IMG/VR virus record: IMGVR_UViG_3300045988_003990 | Span: 1 to 5,685 of that record | DNA: 5,685 bases | Source: a virus | Reading direction: 5' to 3' (one strand) | Shown here: positions 1 through 4,839 of the stretch, in pieces | Layout of the letters: the number at the start of each line of letters is the position of its first letter | How positions within the stretch are numbered: position 1 is the first letter of the stretch | Position numbers and translations under genes: made by a program | The notes under the pieces: generated by a model | Databases searched by the model: none | The model's input: the letters and a program-made list of their open reading frames with translations, nothing else | What the model was told of the DNA's origin: nothing

Positions 1-55
1 AAAAAGACCAAAACTATCAACCTTAGCCAGAAGCCTATGCGCGGTGGCATCCGGC
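1..55. repeat. Left copy of a 55-nt exact direct terminal repeat (identical to 5631..5685). This is the overlap signature of a circular genome with a 5630-nt unit length.
   Basis: Base-by-base comparison: aaaaagaccaaaactatcaaccttagccagaagcctatgcgcggtggcatccggc occurs at both ends of the window. An ORF reads continuously across the junction. Confidence 0.95.
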
Positions 56-60
56 TGTAA
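1..60 (+). CDS. 3' end of the small basic DNA-binding/packaging protein (gokushovirus ORF8 / phiX J-like). It is the wrap-around continuation of the CDS starting at 5568, with stop TAA at 58..60.
   Basis: Frame 1 reads KKTKTINLSQKPMRGGIRL*. Joined to 5568.. it gives the 40-aa protein MARHRKAMNGAKDRRMFNVTAKKTKTINLSQKPMRGGIRL. It is very basic, and from memory the C-terminal MRGGIR(L/F) is characteristic of the small ORF8 proteins of Chlamydia/Bdellovibrio-type microviruses. Confidence 0.75.
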   Translation, partial: KKTKTINLSQKPMRGGIRL

Positions 61-77
61 AAGAAAGGGAAACAACA

Positions 78-317
78 ATGAAACACAACTATTACGGCAT
101 CTGGGATGATGTGGCAAAATGCTATGCATGGGTAGGCGAAAGCAAAAACGACGCAACGTTTGCACGGATGTGCAACGTGATGGCAAAGGATGAAAAGACG
201 TTCATCGGGCAGAGCCCGCAGGACTACACCGGCTTTAAGCTGGCGGTGTTCGAAGACGAACTTGGCACGTTCACAAACGACAAAGAGAAGGTATGGGAGG
301 GCAAACCGCATGAATAA
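78..317 (+). CDS. VP5: Small non-structural protein, VP5-like (79 aa).
   Basis: ATG at 78 is preceded by AAGGGA (65..70) at 7-nt spacing. The position between ORF8 and VP3 matches the gokushovirus VP5 slot. The pattern Y.I.D..A..Y....KNDA.A.R......D......P.DY....L..F.D..G.F resembles my recollection of conserved VP5 proteins (PEDY..L..IG.FDD.TG). Not checked by search. Confidence 0.65.
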   Translation: MKHNYYGIWDDVAKCYAWVGESKNDATFARMCNVMAKDEKTFIGQSPQDYTGFKLAVFEDELGTFTNDKEKVWEGKPHE

Positions 318-747
318 ACGATATGAAGAAGGGCGAAAGCCCTTCTTTTCAGCATCGGGCGAAAAAATGCGAAAACAATACGTCTGGACAAAAGACGAGA
401 AAGGGCAGGAAGTGCTGCAAGAAACAGCACCAATCGACATCCAGCAAGAAATTGAATCGTACTCGGACGAATGCGATATCAAAAACATCGTCAGAAAAGC
501 AAGTTTTGACCCGCAGTTCCTTAAAAGCTTATCCGAAGGGACCATGACGGGGACAGAAATAGACATCACCGAATTTCCTCAAAACATTCACGAGTATCAC
601 CGCATGATTGCGACCGCACAGGCAAACGCAATGAAGCTGGAAGAACTACAGAAAATGGCAGAGGAACAAGCAAAAATGGAAGCGGAAAAAGCAAAAACTG
701 TAGCAAAACCTGAAGCAAAACCTGAAGCAAAGGAGGCAGAAAAGTGA
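310..747 (+). CDS. VP3: Internal scaffolding protein VP3 (145 aa).
   Basis: ATG at 310 has GGAGG at 296..300 (9-nt spacing) and overlaps the VP5 stop by 8 nt (ATGAATAA). The motif SYSDECDIKNIV resembles the conserved S(F/Y)k.ECDIN.I motif of gokushovirus scaffolding proteins. It has an acidic, helical, low-complexity C-terminus. The stop TGA overlaps the VP1 GTG start. I rejected the longer track ORF starting at 190 because it overlaps VP5 by 128 nt and has no SD. Confidence 0.8.
   Translation: MNKRYEEGRKPFFSASGEKMRKQYVWTKDEKGQEVLQETAPIDIQQEIESYSDECDIKNIVRKASFDPQFLKSLSEGTMTGTEIDITEFPQNIHEYHRMIATAQANAMKLEELQKMAEEQAKMEAEKAKTVAKPEAKPEAKEAEK
325..349 (+). other. GC-rich hairpin with a GAAA tetraloop followed by TTTT. 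It looks like an intrinsic terminator or attenuator and lies inside codons 6-13 of VP3.
   Basis: gaagggc (328..334) pairs with gcccttc (339..345) around loop gaaa (335..338). The stem extends through a326/a327 paired with t347/t346, and TTTT lies at 346..349. The architecture matches the 2422..2449 terminator. Confidence 0.4.
703..731 (+). repeat. 12-nt tandem repeat (gcaaaacctgaa, about 2.4 copies) encoding the (AKPE)n tail of VP3.
   Basis: gcaaaacctgaa occurs at 703..714 and 715..726, followed by gcaaa. The translation is AKPEAKPEAK, immediately before the AGGAGG SD of VP1. Confidence 0.85.
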
Positions 748-2411
748 ATCGAAACAATGAACGGCACTTTAACCAAATCCCAGAAATGAAAGCAAGTCGA
801 ACACGATTCAACCGCGACCAGACGATTTTAACAACGTTTGATTCCGGCAAACTGATTCCATTTTACGTGGACGAAGTATTGCCCGGCGATACCTTCAGCG
901 TGGACACGTCAGCGATTGTTCGAATGACCACACCGAAGTATCCGGTGATGGACGATGCATTCATTGACTTCTACTATTTCTATTGTCCTAACCGGATTCT
1001 GTGGGACAACTTCAAATATTTCATGGGAGAAATCGAAAGCACGGCATGGATGCCAACAAAAAATTACGAAGTACCCCAAATCGTCATAGACGCAAAAGAC
1101 GCACCATACGAAAAAAGCATACTAGACTACATGGGAGTGCCGACAAAAATTAAAAACAATTTCAGAGTAAACGCACTTCCCGTCAGAGCATACGTAAGAA
1201 TTTGGAATGAATTTTTTAGGGATGAAAACGTAGGCAATGCAGCAGTAGAATACAAAGACGATGACAACAGGTCCTACGGAGACACAAACGATGAAAACAA
1301 TCTAGAAAAAATCCTTCAAGAAGCAGCAAGGGGCGGCCGATGCTTACCAGTAAACAAATTCCACGACTACTTCACAAGCTGTTTGCCATATCCGCAACGC
1401 GGACCGGAAATTACGTTGCCAATGCAGGGCAATGCAATGATAAACGGATTCAAAGATCAAAAACTTAAGGAAAAAACAACTCTGTATGCAAACAGCTTTT
1501 TTGACGGAAGCACAACCGCAGGCAACGTCAAAGACAAACTGTATGCAATCTCAACATACGGAGGCGAAGGACAAGCATACGTAAACATCGGAACAGGAAC
1601 AGGAGAAACCCATGACGTAGTGTACCTGGGCGCAAACCTCAACAGCGTAACAGCAGCAACCATCAACGACTTACGAAAAGCGGTAACAGTGCAGCAGTAC
1701 TATGAAGCACTTGCAAGAGGCGGTAGCAGATACCGCGAACAGGTACAGGCACTGTGGGATGTCACAATCAGCGATAAAACTGTACAGATTCCGGAATACC
1801 TTGGCGGTGGCAGATACCATGTAAACATCAATCAGATTGTACAGACAAGCGGACAGCAGGCCAACGCTGACACGCCTATCGGTGAAACTGGTGCAATGTC
1901 AGTAACACCCATCAACGAAAGCAGTTTCACGAAATCCTTCGAGGAACATGGGTTTGTAATCGGAGTCTGTTGTGTGCGACACAATCACAGTTACCAGCAG
2001 GGGCTTGAACGATTCTGGAGCAGAAAAGACAGGCTAGACTACTATGTACCACAGTTCGCCAATTTGGGCGAACAGCCTGTCAAAAAGAAAGAAATCATGC
2101 TGACCGGCACAGCAAGCGATGAGGAAACATTCGGTTATCAGGAAGCATGGGCAGACTACAGAATGAAGCCTAACCGGGTATCCGGCCTCATGAGAAGCAA
2201 CGCAACGGGAACGCTGGACTTCTGGCATTATGCAGACAACTATTCAACACCTCCAACGCTGTCGCAGGAGTGGATGGCAGAAGGAAAAGCCGAAATCGCA
2301 CGAACACTAATCGTAGAGAATGAACCGCAGTTTTTCGGAGCGATTAGAGTAGCAAACAAAACCACAAGACGGATGCCGTTGTACAGCGTACCGGGCTTGT
2401 ACAAACTGTAA
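744..2411 (+). CDS. VP1: Major capsid protein VP1 (phiX F-like jelly-roll, 555 aa), with a GTG start.
   Basis: GTG at 744 is 7 nt downstream of a perfect AGGAGG (731..736) and overlaps the VP3 stop (GTGA). The N-terminal region ..SRTRFNRDQTILTTFDSGKLIPFYVDEVLPGDTF.. and the later DLR.A...Q.YYEALARGGSRY.E segment are hallmark conserved blocks of Microviridae VP1/F proteins. A long variable insertion (roughly aa 170-300) fits the gokushovirus 'mushroom' loop. Confidence 0.95.
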   Translation: MNRNNERHFNQIPEMKASRTRFNRDQTILTTFDSGKLIPFYVDEVLPGDTFSVDTSAIVRMTTPKYPVMDDAFIDFYYFYCPNRILWDNFKYFMGEIESTAWMPTKNYEVPQIVIDAKDAPYEKSILDYMGVPTKIKNNFRVNALPVRAYVRIWNEFFRDENVGNAAVEYKDDDNRSYGDTNDENNLEKILQEAARGGRCLPVNKFHDYFTSCLPYPQRGPEITLPMQGNAMINGFKDQKLKEKTTLYANSFFDGSTTAGNVKDKLYAISTYGGEGQAYVNIGTGTGETHDVVYLGANLNSVTAATINDLRKAVTVQQYYEALARGGSRYREQVQALWDVTISDKTVQIPEYLGGGRYHVNINQIVQTSGQQANADTPIGETGAMSVTPINESSFTKSFEEHGFVIGVCCVRHNHSYQQGLERFWSRKDRLDYYVPQFANLGEQPVKKKEIMLTGTASDEETFGYQEAWADYRMKPNRVSGLMRSNATGTLDFWHYADNYSTPPTLSQEWMAEGKAEIARTLIVENEPQFFGAIRVANKTTRRMPLYSVPGLYKL

Positions 2412-2421
2412 GAAAGGAGGA

Positions 2422-2449
2422 AGCCCGGAGAAATCCGGGCTATTTTTTA
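2422..2449 (+). terminator. Rho-independent terminator after VP1.
   Basis: An 8-bp perfect stem, agcccgga (2422..2429) paired with tccgggct (2434..2441), closes a GAAA tetraloop and is followed by aTTTTTTaa (2442..2450). It sits 11 nt after the VP1 stop. Confidence 0.8.
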
Positions 2450-2450
2450 A

Positions 2451-3314
2451 ATGGCAGGTTTATCAACACTCTTAACAGGGCTAAACATCGCCGGTTCAAT
2501 CGCGAGCACAGTAGGACAATTTGCAAACGCCGGCAAGCAAATCGCCGGAGCATTCGGCGGATGGGGTCAGACAGGCAACAGCCAAAGCCAGGGCGGAAGC
2601 ATAAGCCAGGGCGGCGGACACTCCAGCAGCGGAAGTCAAGCGGGGACAAACATACAACAGGTAAATGACTGGCTTAAACAGGCATATGCATACCAAGGAC
2701 AAGAAGCTGCAATGCAAGGTAAATACAACAGTCAAAGTATGCTTAAACAGATGGGATACAATACCTTGTCAGCAATCATGCAAGGCGTATATAACCACAT
2801 CGAGAACTCTGTAGCAATGAACTACAACAGCGCAGAAGCAGCCGCAAACCGTGAATGGCAAGAGCACATGTCAAGCACAGCATACCAGAGAGCCGTTGAA
2901 GATATGAAAAAAGCAGGGCTTAACCCAATCTTAGCTTTTGCAAACGGTGGAGCAAGCACACCGGGCGGAAGTGCAGGAACAATCAGCGGTGCAAGTATGG
3001 GACTAGCAAGCAGCAGCGCGCTAGGAGTAAGCCGGAGCGGTGGATTTGTACCAAACGCATACTCAAGTTCAAGCTGGAGTCAAAGTGACTGGTACAATGC
3101 TGCACAAAGCTGGCAACAGATGCTCAGTACAACACACATGACGCCATACGGACTACAAAAGGCGCTTACAGAAGTCGGAAACGACACAAGCAAGGCCATT
3201 ACGGATGCAACAACAAAGACAAGAAAAGGCACAGAACAGAACAGAAGCATGAAACCACAAGACAAAACAGGGTCCTACGGAGAAAAGAGAAAGCCGGGTG
3301 ATTATTTAAGATGA
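2451..3314 (+). CDS. VP2: Minor capsid / DNA pilot protein VP2 (287 aa).
   Basis: It sits directly after VP1. The N-terminal half is rich in Gly/Ser/Gln. The block NREWQEHMSSTAYQRAVEDMKKAGLNPILAF matches the conserved gokushovirus VP2 motif (..MS.TA.QR...D...AGLNP.LA.). The in-frame codon just before the ATG is TAA, so 2451 is the first possible start. Confidence 0.9.
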   Translation: MAGLSTLLTGLNIAGSIASTVGQFANAGKQIAGAFGGWGQTGNSQSQGGSISQGGGHSSSGSQAGTNIQQVNDWLKQAYAYQGQEAAMQGKYNSQSMLKQMGYNTLSAIMQGVYNHIENSVAMNYNSAEAAANREWQEHMSSTAYQRAVEDMKKAGLNPILAFANGGASTPGGSAGTISGASMGLASSSALGVSRSGGFVPNAYSSSSWSQSDWYNAAQSWQQMLSTTHMTPYGLQKALTEVGNDTSKAITDATTKTRKGTEQNRSMKPQDKTGSYGEKRKPGDYLR

Positions 3315-4330
3315 GTTGTTACAAGCCATTAATAAGGCTGTACAACCCAAAAAATAAAGACATAAGCGGGCGGGTGTATTCACTTGCCCGCTTTTCTAAA
3401 ATAAGCGGGAAACAGCTCAAATATGAAGATCTAATGTACAGAAAAGATGTAATGTTGATACCATGCGGACAGTGCATCGGATGCAGAATCAGACAAAGGG
3501 AAGACTGGACAACACGAATAGAATTAGAAGCACGAGATTATCCAAGAGAAGAAGTTTGGTTTATCACACTTACTTATGATGATGAACACGTACCGGGTAT
3601 GATAGTAAACACAGGCGAAATCATACGAAAAGTGCAGTACGTCTGGAAGCCGGGAAAGAAGCGCCCTGAAAGCGTCCAAACGTTACTGTATACTGACGTT
3701 CAAAAGTTCTTAAAACGCCTTAGAAAGGCTTATAAGGGCAAATTACGCTATTTCATAGCAGGAGAGTACGGAGAACAGACAGCAAGGCCGCATTATCATA
3801 TGATACTGTATGGATGGCAACCGACAGACCTAGAGCACCTATACAAGATACGGCACAACGGATATTTCACGAGTAAATGGCTAACGGACCTATGGGGCAT
3901 GGGTCAAATACAGATAGCGCAAGCAGTGCCAGAAACATATAGATATGTTGCAGGATACGTCACAAAAAAAATGTATGAGATAGACGGTCAAAAAGCAAAC
4001 GCATACTACGAACTAGGGCAACAAAAGCCATTCGCATGTATGAGCCTTAAACCGGGTCTGGGAGATCACTACTATCAAGAACACAAAGCAGAAATCTGGA
4101 GACAAGGATACATCCAATGCACAAACGGCAAACGCGCACAAATTCCACGCTATTATGAAAAAATGATGGAAGCTGAAAACCCACAAAGATTGTGGAGAAT
4201 TAAACAGAACAGACAAGCAACAACCATAGCGGAGAACCGGCTTAAATACGAAAATGCAGACTTTGCAGAACAGTGTAAAACGAAAGAGAGAGTGATAAAG
4301 AAGCAGATGAAGAAAAAAGGGACACTTTAA
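3311..4330 (+). CDS. VP4: Replication initiation protein VP4 (HUH rolling-circle endonuclease, phiX A-like, 339 aa).
   Basis: The ATG overlaps the VP2 stop (ATGA). It carries a Cys cluster PCGQCIGCR, RCR motif 1 FITLTYD, the HUH motif PHYHMILYG, and the double-tyrosine catalytic motif YRYVAGYVTKK (phiX A protein has YVAKYVNKK). Confidence 0.95.
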   Translation: MSCYKPLIRLYNPKNKDISGRVYSLARFSKISGKQLKYEDLMYRKDVMLIPCGQCIGCRIRQREDWTTRIELEARDYPREEVWFITLTYDDEHVPGMIVNTGEIIRKVQYVWKPGKKRPESVQTLLYTDVQKFLKRLRKAYKGKLRYFIAGEYGEQTARPHYHMILYGWQPTDLEHLYKIRHNGYFTSKWLTDLWGMGQIQIAQAVPETYRYVAGYVTKKMYEIDGQKANAYYELGQQKPFACMSLKPGLGDHYYQEHKAEIWRQGYIQCTNGKRAQIPRYYEKMMEAENPQRLWRIKQNRQATTIAENRLKYENADFAEQCKTKERVIKKQMKKKGTL

Positions 4331-4348
4331 CAGTGTCATGGTGTCACC

Positions 4349-4382
4349 TAGCCCAGTACCTATCAAGTAAGGTCCTGGGCTA
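4349..4382 (+). other. Imperfect stem-loop downstream of VP4, with no T-tract.
   Basis: tagcccag (4349..4356) pairs with ctgggcta (4375..4382). An inner stem pairs acct (4358..4361) with aggt (4370..4373) across a t/c mismatch, leaving the 8-nt loop atcaagta. A smaller hairpin, gacact/agtgtc (4321..4337), spans the VP4 stop. Confidence 0.6.
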
Positions 4383-4437
4383 TTGTCATCTAAATGGACC
4401 ATGTATCAGACTATTCAGTCTATAAAATAATCTTATT

Positions 4438-4497
4438 CACACGTGCGCACACGCGCGATAGCGCGCACGCGCGCACGCGCGATATAATATTAACTTG
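4438..4497. repeat. Extremely GC-rich alternating purine/pyrimidine block that ends abruptly in an AT-rich TATAATATTAACTTG motif. It is a candidate replication-origin element.
   Basis: There are two alternating Py/Pu runs of 20-21 nt (4438..4457 cacacgtgcgcacacgcgcg; 4461..4481 gcgcgcacgcgcgcacgcgcg). acgcgcgata repeats at 4451..4460 and 4475..4484, and gcgcacgcgcg repeats at 4463 and 4471. The inverted repeat cgtgcgc (4442..4448) can pair with gcgcacg (4463..4469 or 4471..4477). TAATATTAAC follows at 4485..4494 and AACTTG at 4492..4497. Confidence 0.7.
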
Positions 4498-4519
4498 TTG
4501 TAGACGTAGTAGTAGGCAA

Positions 4520-4694
4520 TGTGGAAAAGTTGAAAAGCACTAAAATTTAACGTTAAAACGTAAATAAAAAACAAAAAACAATGTTGAAAGTTTTGTTGAA
4601 AAAATGTTGAATTGTTGAAAGTTCGTCAAAATAACGAAAATCATTGTGCAACATTTTGTTGAAAACCTGTTGAAAGTGTTGAAAGTGTTGAAAA
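4520..4694 (+). repeat. Iteron-like array of direct TGTTGAAA repeats in three clusters, including a perfect 9-nt tandem triplet.
   Basis: Perfect TGTTGAAA starts at 4582, 4594, 4613, 4657, 4668, 4677 and 4686. One-mismatch copies start at 4520 (TGTGGAAA), 4528 (AGTTGAAA) and 4605 (TGTTGAAT). All copies share one orientation, and the spacings within clusters are 8-12 nt. The triplet is tgttgaaag/tgttgaaag/tgttgaaaa at 4668..4694. An A-rich stretch (4541..4581) separates the upstream pair (4520, 4528) from the first main cluster. Confidence 0.9.
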
Positions 4695-4753
4695 CGCGCA
4701 CAGCGCTTACAAGGAATGGATTATCCGAGCTCCGCATACGCTACGCACGGAAA

Positions 4754-4767
4754 GGCGCTAAAGCGCC
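4754..4767. promoter_or_regulatory. Inverted repeat GGCGC-N4-GCGCC about 20 nt upstream of the -35 element. It could be an operator or a small hairpin.
   Basis: ggcgc (4754..4758), taaa, gcgcc (4763..4767). No T-tract follows it. Confidence 0.35.
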
Positions 4768-4785
4768 ATTCAAACCAAAAAACAA

Positions 4786-4814
4786 TTGACAGACGACAAA
4801 ATATATGATAAAAT
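4786..4814 (+). promoter_or_regulatory. Near-consensus sigma70/sigmaA promoter: TTGACA, 17-nt spacer, TGnTAAAAT (extended -10).
   Basis: TTGACA lies at 4786..4791 and TAAAAT at 4809..4814 with an exact 17-nt spacer. TG lies at 4806..4807 (extended -10). An A-rich UP-like tract lies upstream (4771..4785). It sits at the end of the only long non-coding region and points into the gene string. The predicted transcription start is around 4821. Confidence 0.75.
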
Positions 4815-4839
4815 CCACAATAGAAAGCGAGGGAACAGC

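Noticed and set aside
190-309. The long form of the VP3 ORF starting at 190.
   Set aside because: It would overlap VP5 by 128 nt, has no SD, and adds an Arg/Ser-rich out-of-frame-looking N-terminus. The ATG at 310 has GGAGG at the correct spacing.
323-547. A 74-aa, very basic + strand ORF overprinted on VP3 in another frame, considered as a possible phiX-style overlapping gene.
   Set aside because: There is no SD of its own. Lys/Arg/Ser richness is what an A-rich sequence yields out of frame, and its ATG lies inside the 325..349 hairpin stem. I cannot exclude it without conservation data, but nothing positive supports it.
1270-1282. A 13-nt exact repeat ggtcctacggaga shared between VP1 (1270..1282) and VP2 (3271..3283).
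   Set aside because: One 13-mer coincidence in a 5.6-kb sequence is within chance expectation (roughly 0.2 expected pairs), and it has no structural context.
4483-4488. A perfect TATAAT hexamer, considered as a second promoter.
   Set aside because: There is no TTGACA-like -35 at 16-18 nt upstream (that region is GCGCG) and no TG extension. I interpret it as part of the AT-rich origin-like motif instead.
4438-4500. A XerC/XerD dif-like site, which would imply a lysogenic, integrating gokushovirus.
   Set aside because: Only a GTGCGCA core resembling the XerC arm is present. No TTATGTTAAAT-like XerD arm lies at the right 6-nt spacing on either strand. A second partial match in VP4 (GCGCACAA ... 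TTATGAAAAAAT near 4133..4168) has the wrong spacing and is coding.
4394-4543. An unlisted 49-aa + strand ORF (MDHVSDYSVYKIILFTRAHTRDSAHARTRD...) running through the GC-rich block.
   Set aside because: There is no SD upstream. The Arg/His/Thr/Ala run is just the CGCG/CACG repeat translated, so it is implausible as a folded protein.
4630-4648. A Fur-box-like sequence aataacgaaaatcattgtg (about 13/19 matches to GATAATGATAATCATTATC), plus weak DnaA-box-like strings (ttatccgag at 4720, aaatccaca at 4811).
   Set aside because: This level of match is common by chance in AT-rich DNA, and nothing corroborates it.
4520-4694. A CRISPR array, as an alternative explanation for the repeats.
   Set aside because: The repeat unit is only 8-9 nt with 0-4 nt between copies, so there are no spacers and no CRISPR-length repeats.
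4716-4808. An unlisted 30-aa + strand ORF (MDYPSSAYATHGKALKRH...).
   Set aside because: AAGGA abuts the ATG with zero spacing, so it cannot work as an SD. The ORF runs through the promoter elements. It is most likely a chance ORF.
4786-4839. The track start of the peptidase ORF at TTG 4786, which adds an 18-aa extension.
   Set aside because: That TTG is the first half of the TTGACA -35 hexamer. The extension spans the promoter and leader. The ATG at 4840 has a GAGGG SD, and the conserved domain begins after it.
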